DNA of 63,856 nucleotides, counting the filler, from Neolecta irregularis DAH-3 (taxonomy: Eukaryota), in assembly GCA_001929475.1 (NCBI GenBank). It is 6 parts of 6 records of this genome, joined end to end, with 100 filler letters (N's around TTAATTAATTAA, not from the genome) between each part and the next. Parts side by side here need not be neighbours in the genome. Positions count along the whole stretch, not along the records: positions 1 to 24,680 come from LXFE01000176.1; positions 24,781 to 49,377 come from LXFE01000178.1; 4 more parts are not named here. One strand, 5' to 3'. Below the pieces are notes generated by a model. That model worked only from the letters and a program-made list of their open reading frames with translations. It had not been told where the DNA came from and made no database searches. Shown here one piece after another: positions 13,050-28,487 of the stretch. A program made the translations under genes and the position numbers. Each line of letters opens with the position of its first letter. The stretch's first letter is position 1.

Positions 13050-13909
13050 ATGGGCCCAGGCTACTATTCACCGCCACCATCAAAAAATTGGTATTGCAAT
13101 TGCAAACCGCGTCTACCTGCTGCCTTTTTGCAGGTCCGTAGTGATATTTCTTCCAACAAGGTGTCTTCTATGCACTGTTTTCTATTTTTTTGACTCTGCA
13201 GGGTCGCTGGTTCTATGCATGTTCCGCTGAAAATGACTTGCGCTGTACTTGCCGCTCGCTTCTATTCTGACATCCAGGCCGTTTCTTCCTCTGGGCAGAC
13301 GAAGCCCGAATGCGGGAAGCTGATAGTGATAGCCCGCGGAATTTGTCTGCAGCGACTCGAGAGATATCAACATCGGACAAGGGGAAAGTGCAATCTCCAC
13401 CAAAGAGCTCCCCCAAAAGAGCTATTACACCAAGTGCAGAGAGCACTTCAGAGTCTGAGGGTGAATCTCCTTTCTTTGCAACTCCACACAAGGACACCCC
13501 GTTCCGGGAAAATCACAAATCAGACCCATTTGCTACTCCAACAGCCCATGAAGTCCAGACTGCTACACCACCAACAACCCATCACTCATCCCCTCCGCCC
13601 CCCTTTTTTCTCTCCCCTGTCAAACCATCCCTTCATGATATCCTGCGTAGAATAAAGGACCCCCAACTAGCGAGTGAACTCTGCAATCTCACCTCCAGAC
13701 AAGAACGGGTCTCCCAGGGTATAATCAAAGGTCGAGATGCCGCAAGAGCCGCTCTGAAAGAACGTGACGATCGAATCTTGTCGCTCACTGCTCGCATTCA
13801 AACTCTCGAGGCTGAAGTTGAATCAAGAAAGACCATAAACCGCGCCCTTGAGAGAGAGAAGGAAGTCGCCTTTACACTCCTGAAAGCTCAGAATCAAGTC
13901 CGTCATTGA
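13050..13909 (+). CDS. GRF zinc-finger protein with C-terminal coiled coil
   Basis: Spliced: WYCNCKPRLPA...NK/GRWFYAC...C/RFFLWADE, then S/P-rich linker and KGRDAARAALKERDDRI coiled coil. Confidence 0.8.
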
Positions 13910-13987
13910 GTACGAGTGCTTTTCTCTTGGTTGCTGTCTGTCGTTCATATGTCGTATTATACTGTATTTTATCCTATAATTCTACCG

Positions 13988-16128
13988 TTACTCAAAACTA
14001 TCAAACCAAAAATTCGCAGTCAATCCGTCACGACTTGGAATAGGGGGTGCGACCTGGGGAACAGTGATTTGCTCTGCTCGTAAATCCAACAGTTTTACCT
14101 ATAGTTAGACTACCGGCAACACATCATCATACTTTGATGCCTACTTCTACCAAGGTTGTTACAAGTGAAAGGGTTTCCGACGTGACAGGCGGCTTTCGAA
14201 TCAACATGAGCAATCCGTCGATCCATTCAGATGCAGACAGATTATTCTCAGCACATAGCGTCAAAAGAACAACTGGATTCGTCGCAGTAGAATTCGGAAC
14301 CAGCTTAGTGTGTCCAAAAATGGCAAATGAGAAAGGCTCAGGGACATTTGAGCTGACAACTGAAACACGTTTATTATCCAACTTCCGGTTCATGGTAAAG
14401 CCTGATGGCAAAGAAACGACATTTGAAATGTTTGACAACTCGACTAAAATGAGTACTAGTGCCCAGAAAATCGCTTACTTTTCTCTCCGAGATCTTCAAT
14501 TTTAATATTTTCGCCGTTTATTTCAAAGTCTCCGTAATGAATGGCTTTCCTATCATCTTAGCATACTAGAATACAGTCAAGTACCGATTAGGACTCAATC
14601 TGACAAATCTCCACTTCATCAGAGGTCTCTTCTTTATTATGCTCTTTCCTTCATTCTTTAACGCACCCGGTTTCAGTGCAAACCAACTACCTTTGAGAAG
14701 ACAAGCCACTCTTGATGCTTTTATGAATTGATAAGTATCTTGTTTCAATCTTTCATTTAGTGCCTGCACAGCTACTTGCCAAGGTTCCTCTTTGACTTGT
14801 TGAAACTCCTTCAACTGAGCATTTCGAAGTTCATGATAATCAAAGTCGCAAAGCTCATGTTCTACCACCTCGATTTCTCGATTTCTATCTCCAACTACTC
14901 TTCTTAGTAGAAATTCCGCAAGATTGCGGATCTTTTCGTAATCATCAGTTTGGGCAAGAGATTCTTCCCAGAGTTTTTGAAATGCTTTCAATCCGGTCCG
15001 ATGTAGTCGCGGGATATGTAATAAAAGCGAACTCATTGTTCTCATGCTCATAGTCTGCATGTCTCGAGGCAAGTCCTCTGTCACTAGTTCGAATATCTCG
15101 GATAACAAAAGAGTGACAGTCACACTCGCACGGGCCACTGGAAAACGAGATTTCTCCGGCTTGGCTTCTTGCTCCGTAATCAACTAGCAGTAAGGAGCGG
15201 ATTCGAGAATCGCGGCATACTCGCCGGAAACTCAATTCGTCTTTTAAGGCACAGCCTCGAAGATTCATAACTCCAAACCAACCGACGGATAGAAATTCAT
15301 AAGCTGGATTCTCTGTTTCAAACCCGAGTTTGACCCACTTTCGTCCATCATCAACCTGTCCGGATATCTTCCAGAGTTCATCAAAAATTGAACGATGTTC
15401 GTTGTCCTCAAGATCGACTTCGACACTCATCCAGCGCCGCATCACGCCTTTTGCCAGAGATTGGAAATCAAGTAGAGGGTATGCAAGGTCGTTTGTTCGT
15501 GTTCCGGATAGAGTCAGCTCTGAAACGGCTTTGAACAATCCAAATTGATAGCTCTCTTTCATAAAGTTCCTCCATAAAGGACCTTTTAAAGCAGAACGTA
15601 GCAGAGAATTGATGAGTAACAAAGAGTTTGCAGACAACATGTGGTCAGCTGAATTGAGACGAGTAATCAAAATTCTGAGAAGAGACGACTGCTGCGTCGT
15701 GAATGTTGCGATTTCCTTGTTTGAAAGGTGGACGAGTATGGCTGTTGCAGAACGCAGAATGTTGACTGAGGGATTATCATCGCTGATGAGACTAACGAGC
15801 TGTAATACTAAGTGGTTTTATACTGGAAGATCTGGAGTACCTTGTCGATAAACTCGAAATCAGCGGCACTCCAGCCAAGATCGCATTCCAAAAGCTTTTC
15901 AAAGCAGGATAAACCATACGCAAGCGAATTTCCGGTTGACGAGCTTATGCAATTGACGAGATGAAGAAGACCGTCCGATGCTAGAAAAATATCTATAAAC
16001 TGCAGATCACCGACACAAGATTGTAATTTGAACAGTGCCATCTTCTTCACGCTGTCTGGACCTTGCATTCGCAGAATAATCTCGGAACATTCTTGGGTAA
16101 ATGAAATTGAAGGCGCGATGGAGGACAT
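13988..16128 (-). CDS. ELMO/CED-12 domain protein with C-terminal PH domain
   Basis: VKKMALFKLQ, GNSLAYGL, WVKLGFETENPAYEF, RVACLLKGSWF, WRFVRLSPNR, SEWIDGLLML; 5 introns. Confidence 0.88.
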
Positions 16129-16193
16129 TCCTACTGAAAACTCCCCTGAAACCGCTTATTTACATAGTAACCTTTCCCGCGCTTATCATTATC

Positions 16194-16928
16194 ATGTTAC
16201 TCGAACACCTCAGGGTTTGTGCAATGCATTCGCTTGTTATTCTGACATCCAGGAATCTCTTTTGAAATTTCTGCTCGATCCAAAAAACAGGCCGTTTCTT
16301 GCAGTTGTCAAAGGTCTGCGTAATGGTCTGGTGTATGGCACAAAGATCAGGTTTTCCCATGCCGCAGTCATGGCCATGCTATTTAAGACCGGATCGTACG
16401 GAACGTTATAATTACACTTGATGATATCTGCAGGGTCCGTGACAAGATGCATTGGGTCTTTATGGCGACCAAGACACACGCAAAGAACCTCGGCTTGTAT
16501 GTCACCATATACAAAACTGCAATGCTGCTATTATCCATCCTCGGCCAGGGAAAAGAAACTTCTGCGGATCCGTTTATTGCAGGTCTGTTGGGCGGTTATA
16601 TTGTATTTCGCCGCAGTAACAATATCAATCAACAGGTATGTTCCACCAAAAAAGCATGTCTCACCCCAAGATCGTGCTCTATGTATTCGCTCGTAATATG
16701 CTTGCATTAGCCAAACTGCCAATCCACAAAAACCTGCTTCCGGCAAAAGAACGGATCCAGTATCATGCTTGGCCGTTGTTTGCGAGTTTAACATGGGGAA
16801 CAGTGATGTGGCTGTTCAAATACTATCCTGAACTTGTCCAGCCTAGTATGAGGAACAGCATGGTCTATCTTTATTCCAGGGCCGATACCTGGGACGGGTT
16901 TAGGAATTTCCTTTGGCATAATCAGTGA
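16194..16928 (+). CDS. PXMP4: Peroxisomal membrane protein PMP24/PXMP4 (Tim17 family)
   Basis: VKGLRNGLVYGTKIRFSHA, ATKTHAKNL, INQQIVLYVFAR, WGTVMWLF, SMVYLY; 3 introns. Confidence 0.9.
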
Positions 16929-16974
16929 TATATGTACTGCGTATATTTAATCGAGATTAGTTGGTTAGGACTAC

Positions 16975-17114
16975 TGTAAGTGTCTGAACTCAAGTACGAA
17001 TAAGACTGAGTTGTAGCGAGAACTAGCCTAAGTGAATGCTTGAACTTTGGCCAGGTATTCTTCGAATCTACTTGATATACAGCCAAACCTGGTAATAAAG
17101 AATGTGACTTGACA
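16975..17114. repeat. Solo-LTR-like dispersed repeat (copy 1)
   Basis: TGTAAG...TTGACA with AATAAA near the end; core AAGTACGAATAAGAC..CTAGCCTAAGT shared with 38655-38774 (reverse), 49208-49320 and 55012-55220. Confidence 0.55.
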
Positions 17115-17265
17115 GTGTGTACCGTTCGTTATAGGGAGGATTCGTTGTATGAAGATAGCAGAATAGAAACTAAACAAGACCCAAGCCAATCCAATCCAAA
17201 TGAATCAGAGAGAAAAATAACTTGATCCTGTCATCTATATCTTGATGATGATGTATATGATTGAT
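17115..17265. mobile_element. Fragment of the pogo-like element end
   Basis: Aligns with ~5985-6125 (CCAAGCCAATCCAA..., AAAATAACTTGAT..., CATCTATATCTTGATGATGATGTATA). Confidence 0.75.
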
Positions 17266-17312
17266 GTGGCGTTTTTGAAAGCATCTACCAAGACTGCGAA
17301 TGACGTAATATT

Positions 17313-18476
17313 ATGGCCAGCCTTCCTTCCGTAATGGTAAAATATACCCCTTGCGCTTACAACTACATACTTCACTATAACATGGGCCTCACAAACTCGT
17401 CTCCTGCGACATCCAAGCAAAAGATTGCCGCGCTAATTCGTGCAAACCACCAAAGTTACTCAATCTTGAACAAAGACGAATCTTCATTCAACACCGTAAT
17501 CGAGGTCGCCCACTCGGTAAAGAAGTAAACTAAAGGGCAGTATCTATGTGCCGCATATGCGCTTGGGACAACAGGATCAGAAATATATGACTTTTATGAA
17601 ATTGCTATAAATCTTTATACCAAAGACAGACAACCGTCACCTTGCGAAGTCACGGAGGGGGATTGGAATACGTTTTCAGGGAATAAAGAGTCTAGAGTAC
17701 TTGTAATGTTACGATTGACTCTATAGCTATGCCTTGGGGTTTGTAAATTTCTTTGATGATCAAATTGCATCGGCGAATTATAACTGGGTGGGGTTAATTG
17801 AGTGTTATTTGATGGAGGACACTGTATTACAAGGATTTCTAGGCGACTGTACGCGCTCAAATTGTAATGGGATAAACTAACATCAGCTCTCTTACCGCTT
17901 ATCCACTTGTCTGTATTACGTATTCTAGATCCTGACTCATTGATTTGCAGCACGCGTATGAGCTTGAAAGTTGTGATGTCGCATCAGAAGGTGCGTTTTT
18001 GAAACTTTGCGCAACTCACAGCAGCCTTAGGTATGGCATGCGTCAACTCTAAACGTGAATCATCAAATCAAAAGGAGAACGTTGAACTCGACGACATTCT
18101 CTTGCATTGTGCAATTACTCTCGCTAAACAAGGTAGACCAAGTCTGGAGTTATTCGAAGCAGTACAGGCACTGCATATTCTACAACAATATTTACCAAAA
18201 TTTTCAGATTGTTTTGAAGAGAATTTATATCGACGAGTCAAAGAAATTTGCCTGGAAAACACTTTTTCTCATTTTATTGCCGAGCCGTTGCTTTCCTGGA
18301 TCGACATAAAAAATGCTGCTATAAAGAGCAAAGATGATAGAATAAGAGGTAGAATAAAAAGATGTCACAGTGCTGATATTGTAGCTATCCGAGCATTATA
18401 TTACTGTGAAATGGTATGGGGCTTGCAAGAAAATGTCTTTAGAAATTTGGCATCTGGTTTAGTAACGAATATATAA
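17313..18476 (+). CDS. Divergent questin oxidase-like/HypA (DUF4243) family protein
   Basis: ALIRANHQSYSIL, YLCAAYALG, PSPCEVTEGDWNTFSG, FVNFFDDQI..NW match the family pattern; start (17313 or 17382) and some exon borders uncertain. Confidence 0.6.
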
Positions 18477-18511
18477 TCGTATGTCATATGTAGTCAATAT
18501 TAAACGGGCTT

Positions 18512-19387
18512 TCAAGCCTTGGCACCAGCAACGATTCCTATTGTTAAAACAATGTCAATAATGCAAAATCTCACGTTCAACATCGGCAATGCTTTGTTGC
18601 AAGATTTGTTGTTGGAATTTCGGATTACTCAATTCTTTTTGAATCTTGGCGATGACTGACTCTGCGAGTGTTTTTTGCTCACTTTGTCGGACAGAAACTT
18701 CATATCGGACCCATGAATCTAGGACTACCTTGGCTTCACGGGCGAAAGCAACTTTCTGCTCTAGCTCGTAGGCTTTTGCTTCTTCTTGAACAGTTTCCTT
18801 GCGGTTTAACACATTGTCAAAACGACACGAGATACCTTGGAGACAGCAAAAAGAGCCTTGGTAACATCGACAACGCCCTTCATTTCACTGACGCTGTCAA
18901 TTCGGTCTTTGACTGCTTGAGTATGATCCTCCCGGGCTTTGTTCAAAACACTTTTCATTCGGTTGATATGCCCTTCGGCCCATTCAACATAGGCTGGAGA
19001 ACCCGTTTTGGCGATTAGATATAAAACGATAGAGAAGGCGATGAGAATAACAGTCTCTTCATTCACAACGTAGATTTCCTTGCTTAGAAGGATCGAGGCT
19101 AGTCCAGTCGCAGCAGTGATTATTCCAGTTTTTGACATGAGCGAATTGCCTGGAAGAGATTGGATCAAGGACTGCACTTTAGTTTTGGGGTCAGGACGGT
19201 GAGTCGAATGATAACGAGGGACACTGGCATCATTAGAAAAGCAGTAAATTTGGAAGTTCATGCATCGCTAATGATCGCGGGGTGATAAAAGGACGCGCGG
19301 CAGAAAGAAACTCTTGAAAAATCAGCTTAATGCAATAGGGTTATCGATACCAGGTGATTTGCGGTTGAGGATTCGCAGGGCAGCCAT
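18512..19387 (-). CDS. ATP4: Mitochondrial ATP synthase subunit b (4)
   Basis: SLPGNSLMSKTGI, EIYVVNEET, EAKVVLDSWVRYE; 4 introns, one GC-AG. Confidence 0.95.
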
Positions 19388-19557
19388 GAAGTTGAAGTTT
19401 AACTACCAGGGTTACAGTGATGAAAGTGACGATACTTCAAACTCGGCTTGGATTGGAATATGCAAGTCACGAGATTTCAACAACAAAAATCTGACAACAA
19501 ATTGATTGATTACTACAAACGTATCTATAAAAAAACGCAACTTTAAGAACCTATGTC

Positions 19558-20130
19558 TTAGAAGAGAGCGATCGCGGCCATGACGATAGCGCCGAAGGCA
19601 GTCATCCCAACAACATTTGAGCTTTCGGCTCTATTGGAAGGCTGGGTTGGCCTGGCTGTAGGAGTAGTGGTGTTGCTTTTGGCGGTAGGGGTAGCGCTAG
19701 CTAGTTAAAACTCAAATAGCAAAAGAGCAGAATACCGAGCAGAGGACGAGGCTGGCAAGACGACGGCCTTTGGGGTCGGAGAACTACATTGTGAGGTCAA
19801 TAATAAAGCGTGGTAACTACCTTGATGAGCCGGCTACCGACGGGCTGCTTCCAGCTCCATTGGATGAGCCCGAAGACCCGCAGAGCTGTTGTCCTTGAGT
19901 TGCAAGAGTTTGCATGTCTTGTGGGGAGCAGTTGCTGGCTTGGACGCAAGCTCCAATTGCGGACTGTTTTGAGCAAATACAGGTCAAGTCGGTTGCCGAA
20001 CTGCTGTGATTAGAATAATGAAGACGGGGGAGCAATACCATCCAACCTTGGCAAAACAGCTTGCCGCACAGGCTGGAGCCTGGGCCATGGCGGCAGAGGT
20101 GAAAAGGATAAGAGCAAAGACAGCACGCAT
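19558..20130 (-). CDS. GPI-anchored CFEM-domain cell-surface protein
   Basis: Signal peptide MRAVFALILFTSAAMA, 8-Cys CFEM PACAASC..GC/SSATDLTCIC..C..NC..LC, S/T-rich stalk, hydrophobic C-terminus GAIVMAAIALF*; 3 introns. Confidence 0.87.
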
Positions 20131-21026
20131 GTGGGAGAGTTATGACAAAGGAGGCAACAGATAGGATTGTAGGAGCGGGAATGGCCTTTTTATAGGAAAA
20201 CTGTAGAGGGCAATCACGGGCTGCCCCGCATATCTGCATATATGCACTTTCTGCGGGATGGTCAGACTGCGCCACCGGCTGTGGTGGCGTCGGACCCCTT
20301 GCTCAATCGATGGTTTGCAAGGAATGACTGCTCGAGCAAATAGTCGCTTCTGTGCGATGCATTTATCTGAATTATCTACCAAGAGACGTGGTTGTAGTCA
20401 TATTGGTCACAGAATATACTGCAATTGAAATTCGTCAACTGATTGTTGCACCGCCTCCTGGCGCATATTCCGTTTTCTTATCATTTCAAGGTAGGTGGGC
20501 GCACGAGCATCGTGTATCTGCACTATTTTTGGCCCGCGGATCATTTCGGTATTTCATCTTTTCCTTATTTCCAGACATGTGTGCCACTTCACAGGTCCAT
20601 ATATGTGAACACGTTGAGAATATGTAGAGCCATCCTTTGTATAAAGCTAGTGTATTTTGAACACTACTAGCACTTGTCCTCACAACGGGTCGAATATCAA
20701 CATTGCTTTTGATATGCGAGCGATATACGTCACATGAGGGCATCATACAGGGATGCCATACTACCCACCATGCTCTACTTAAACATAGTTAATAGAGGTA
20801 GCTACGTAACTGGTTCTGGGTCCTGGGTTTCCTGTGCCAAACTATTCGTAATACGGCATATAGTCCTTCTTTTCCCCAGCAATGTCAAATCTGAAACAGA
20901 CTATCATATAATAATAACGAAACATGGGTCCCTAGCCGCAATCAGACGTGGGTCTTGCATACAGTATATGTATTGAGGGAGCACCAGGGTCACACGGCTA
21001 TTTGTACGACTCCACTTGCAACCTCC

Positions 21027-22046
21027 ATGGTCGCACAACCACACAAATATCTTCCAAAACGTTCTTTGAGCGTTGTTGGATGTCCATTTTCAGGCGGCCA
21101 ACACCGTTCAGGCGTCGATATCGGCCCCACAACGCTCGTCGAACGTGGATTGATTAACGAAATTAGAACCCTGGGTTGGGACGTCGAGTTTACTGGTCAC
21201 CAGGCTTTTGCCCATCTAAAGCCTGCCTCTGATCCTGATGACGGCAAATTGAAGAATCCGCGATATGTCAGCAGCGTTACCAGGGCTGTTGCAGACACCG
21301 TTGGACAAGTCTGCAAAGCGGGTCGCTTTCCATTAATCATAGGCGGCGATCATTCACTGGGCATCGGTACCATTGTGGGTGTGATGCAGAAATATCCAGA
21401 TGCCTGTGTAATCTGGGTCGACGCCCATGCAGATATCAATACTCGTGAGTCCTTCTTGCTCCACTTCTTCTACCCTTCAAGCCGAAACAACAGCATCTGG
21501 CAATATACATGGATGTCCATTGAGTTTTGTCACCGGTCTCGCCAATCCTCCTACAGAATCGTTCGCCTGGGTTCCTAAATGCCTCGATTTCTCAAGACTG
21601 GCCTATATCGGTCTCCGAGATGTAGATTTTCACGAGAAGCAATTCATCCTCGAAAACAACATTGCTGCCTTTAGTATGCATCATATCGATAAATACGGTA
21701 CAATTATCTCCCACTGTTTCCAATGCTGAATCAAGGAATTGGAAAAGTCGTCGACATGGCGCTGGCCAGAGTCAATCCCGATCTTTCTCGCCCCATTCAC
21801 TTGTCTTTTGACGTTGATGGCATGGATCCCAGTGTCGCTCCCTCTACAGGCACTCCTGTCCGAGGCGGTCTGTCCTGGAGAGAAAGCATGTATATTTGTG
21901 AAGCTCTTCATGAGACTGGCTGTCTTGTTGCTATGGATATTATGGAAGTCAATCCCAGCCTTGCAAATACCCCGGAAGAAGCCGAGATCACCATTTCTGC
22001 AGGCCTGAGTTTGGCCAGATGTGCCCTTGGAGACACTCTTTTATAA
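21027..22046 (+). CDS. CAR1: Arginase
   Basis: [52 protein letters not shown]. Confidence 0.97.
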
Positions 22047-22414
22047 GCATTACCTGCAGTATATAGTCCACTATAGTAAACCAGTCTATCTGCACCATTC
22101 AAAAAGCATAACCTGGGCTGTGGAATCAAGTTTCGCTACTCTACTATTCTTTCTTTGAGATAATACATGTTCTATCTACATTATACGATACATAAACCAT
22201 TTAAAACAAAACTCTGTACAATCTTGATATTTCCGCATAGTCGCTGTTTTGATTCAAGTTTCCTCAAATTGAAACAACCGCTTCAACCCCCCCGCGTTTG
22301 GTGTGGGGACTTGAATTTCCAATCCATATCACTCACGCCATTAATCCTGCTTCTCAAAGAACGCAGAATTGTAAGATGTCTAAGCTAGAATTTCGAAAAA
22401 GCTTGTCGACTGAA

Positions 22415-23734
22415 ATGGGGTACGAATCACAGGAAACAACGTTCCTTTCTGCAATTTTCCAGGTCAATTCGCATTAGACTATGAATATAAATGGAATTAA
22501 CACTGGCCTAGGCAACCCTTTTTCAATGGATATCCATCCTATTCCTAATCTTTGGTGGATGTTGTATGAGCGTGCTCACACTTGAAACGCTAATCAGGTA
22601 TATCTTGTATTTCAATCATTTCTAACAAGCTTTTTAGGGACGACTCATCCGCCGGTAACAATTCTATCAACTCTTGTCTAAAAAGAAAGGGACGTTGATC
22701 ACTTTTTGCCAGTTCCTGTTTGTCGCGATCGAGGGGTATATGGCGCACTTTGACGGAAAATCAACAAATTTTATGAAATTGAAATCGACTACTATTCCCA
22801 TTCGTCGCTGGTTAACAATCGTTGTTCTATTTGTAACTCAATCTGTACTCAACAATGCAGCTCTGGGGTTCAATGTCGCCATTCCAATTCATATCATTTT
22901 TCGCAGCGCAGGTGTCGCCGTGACCATGATTTTGGGTTTTTTCATTTCAAAGAAACGGTAATTTTACCTCCTTTATGATGAATTTCCTTTATTTTTAGGT
23001 ACAGTGTTACACAAATGGTAGGTGTGGCCGTACTCACTTGTGGAGTGTTGGTGGCAACTTTGTCAAATAGTCACTCACAGGTATGTCCTTTTCTAGTGCT
23101 TTGAATTTGATCAATAAGTCAAACAATGGCGCAAGTGATGATGGTCTGTATTTCATTGGAATAGGTATTCTCGCCTTATGTCTTTTGATTTCCGCAGTCA
23201 TGGGTCTTCTTTTGGAAGCGACATATTCGCAATATGGATCAAATTGGAGAGAAGGTCTCTTTTACACTGTACAATTTGCCAATTTCTTTTCTAACATCTA
23301 ACATGCAGCATTTTCTGGCGCTTCCATTCTTTCTTCCTATGTTTCCCACTATTTATCGGTCGTTTAACCAGCTGTCTACGGCGTCATCAATGCCTCTCGA
23401 GGATATACCTGCAAATGCACCAATGTCACACACCAATCCAATCATGGGATCCCCCTTTTTCAGACTCCTCTTGAACGTTTTAACGCAGTACGTCTGCGTT
23501 CGCGGTGTGAATCGTCTCAGTGCAAAAGCATCTGCATTAACTCTTGCAATCGTTCTCAATATTCGAAAGTTTGTCAGCCTTGGTCTCAGCGTGCTATTAT
23601 TCAATAATAATCTCTCCCCTGGTGTGATTTTTGGCGCCATATTAGTATTCGGAGGTGCAGCAGTTTACGCTCGCGAGACTGCAAATATACAGCAAATGAA
23701 TCGGTTACGCGCTCGCAGTCTCGGACATAACTGA
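22415..23734 (+). CDS. YEA4: UDP-N-acetylglucosamine transporter (UAA family, Yea4/SLC35B4)
   Basis: LIFGGCC, GTLITFCQF, IPIHIIFRS, WREGLFYTH, NVLTQYVCVRGVNRL, LNIRKFVSL; 6 introns. Confidence 0.9.
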
Positions 23735-23903
23735 GGTGTGCACTTGATTATTTATTGTGAAAACTGGTTGTGCAGACTGATTTGGATATATGTAGGGAAA
23801 GGTCATAAACTCATAAACAAATTCTTTCACAGGATTTAGAAAATCCAAAGCCCATACGGCGATATAGTAATATATGGATTACTGATAGATATAACAGGTC
23901 GAT

Positions 23904-24680
23904 TTAAAGATACCGTTCGAGGAACCCTACCGACCAGTTTCCAAAACTCCGTAGGCTTGTAGGAAGATGTGTACTACTTACTTCTAGTCGATCGCGCAAG
24001 GAGTGGAAAGCTTCTTCGGAATAGCTTATTTTGTCAAACTCTTTCTCATTATATTCCAGAGACATTCTTTGCGAACAATTTTCTGAAATGTAAAAGATTT
24101 TAAGAGCCGCCGTCGGCTGCCTGAAATTCGAGTGCCCAAATATAAAGTTTGATGTGAAAATAATGTTTGGATTGAATATCCAAATCTGATTTCATGAGTA
24201 ATGCATGGCTTTGCTAGTTTCTATACCAGCAGTTTAGGCGATTGATCCTCTCCTATATTGATTAAAAACTTTCGAATCGATGTAAATTCCGATAGACTAG
24301 CAAGTTCTGCAGTTGAAAAAATAAAACTCTGATATCCAATGTACCTATATCTCAATGGTAAGAGCGGTGTTTCTAATACCCCGATCCAAGATCAAGCTTG
24401 AGAGCCGCTTTTCTGAGCCTGTAACCTCCAGAATCATCGATCGAACCAATATTTGTATTGCATTCTGAACAGAAAATACCAGTATCATCAACCTATTGAC
24501 AATGAGAATTTGTATGAATCACGGAAGATGGAAGGCTAATTTAAGCAGTCCAGAATAGAATCATGCTTCGAGACCCGTAATCCAAGCCGGAGCTAGATAC
24601 TTCGAGTAACGTTAAAATTTTAATGTAGGACCTGTGTATCGGTGAGGTAACGACTGAACCATTTCTCACATTCTTAAAGT
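23904..24680 (-). CDS. 3' part of a HECT_2/UBE3D (Ipa1-like) E2-binding protein; 5' end lost in the gap
   Basis: Spliced exons give FCSECNTNIG..YRLRK, LLIWIFNPNIIFTS, AALKIFY, LPTSLRSFGNWSVGFLERYL*; absent from the ORF track. Confidence 0.72.
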
Positions 24681-24780
24681 NNNNNNNNNNNNNNNNNNNN
24701 NNNNNNNNNNNNNNNNNNNNNNNNTTAATTAATTAANNNNNNNNNNNNNNNNNNNNNNNNNNNNNNNNNNNNNNNNNNNN
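24681..24780. other. Assembly gap with TTAATTAATTAA spacer (also at 49378-49477, 54045-54144, 59903-60002, 62081-62180)
   Basis: 100-nt N runs with an identical central all-frame stop linker. Confidence 0.97.
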
Positions 24781-25059
24781 ATCTTCTATTTTCTAAATCT
24801 GTGATATCTAATTGTACCATCTGCTCATTGGTTTCCATTTTTAATAAGCGGTGTGGGAGAAATTTTGGTTTGGAAATTTACGTTTTTTTTTGGTGAGGTG
24901 TCGCGTAAAGGGGGGTGTCGCTTAACTCGACGTTGAGCTTATGATATTCCCTGTTTTAGAAAATGGAGATATTTCTTTTGTGTGGCTGGCAAACGCAGCC
25001 TAAACTATCCACAATGCAATTTATTGAAAGTCATACCTGAATCTACATACTATACCCTT

Positions 25060-27605
<2,546 letters not shown>

Positions 27606-27777
27606 GATGGTTGATGTGAAAGACGTTTATTCGCAGAAAAATTCAGAGTCTCAAATGCACAAAAAGAAATGCCGTCGAGATCTAGTCTAGCAAGAAAAGA
27701 CGAGTTCACAGGAATGGCAATGGATTCATTATACAAATCTTGGTCTTTGACTCCCGCCACCCATGCCACTATACAGT

Positions 27778-28351
27778 CTAAATGTCATCTAGAGAATCAA
27801 AATAGCACAAAAACAGACATACCAATTTCGCCAACATCGTCGCCAAATTCGAAATTGGCATCTGCTTCTTCTTCATTGCCAAAGGTGTCGCCTTCGTTGA
27901 TTTTAGCAGAATCTGGGAGTTCACCGTATGCTTTGAGGCTTCGAGCTTCGTCTGGAGTGTATTTCAGTAAAACATCTGCTTTTTCGTCTTCGAATTCTCT
28001 GAGTGAGAGCAGGACAATATCGCCCTGATTGATCCAGACCTGGAGAGTCAGTAATTGAATAGCAGCTCAAGTGCTTTTTTGCGCATTTTACCACGGATAT
28101 GGGCAAGACGAGTAACACCGTCAAAGCAAGCAGCAGTTACTCTTCCGTTTCCTAGCATTTTTAGGACCTGTGCGTATTCTGGAGGTGAGAAACAATATTC
28201 AAAAGGAGATTTATGCCTTGGCCGTCTTCTTTAAAGACAAGTTCGCGCTTTTGATCTTCTGCTTCGTTTTTTCCTCGTCGCCTGTTTTTACCTGGATATT
28301 TAACAGATGTTGAAAGGATGAAATACCTCCTTTTCCCTTGTTCTTGGGCAT
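27778..28351 (-). CDS. TIF11: Translation initiation factor eIF1A
   Basis: [54 protein letters not shown]; 4 introns, two GC-AG. Confidence 0.97.
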
Positions 28352-28487
28352 TATGGGAGAGCAGCGATTAAAACGTGGTTAGAATTCAATTCACTCCACC
28401 ATAAACCAAATCACCGTCAACGTAGTAGAATCATACCAAAAGTATAGCAGAATTAAACGCTTTAATAACACTATAGCATCGGAGAAA

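Noticed and set aside
1780-20130. Possible iron/Fe-S gene cluster (GRX4, MMS19, CFEM)
   Set aside because: Interspersed with unrelated housekeeping genes; no shared motif seen
24725-24736. TTAATTAATTAA motif recurring inside N runs
   Set aside because: Artificial scaffold spacer with stops in all frames; not biological
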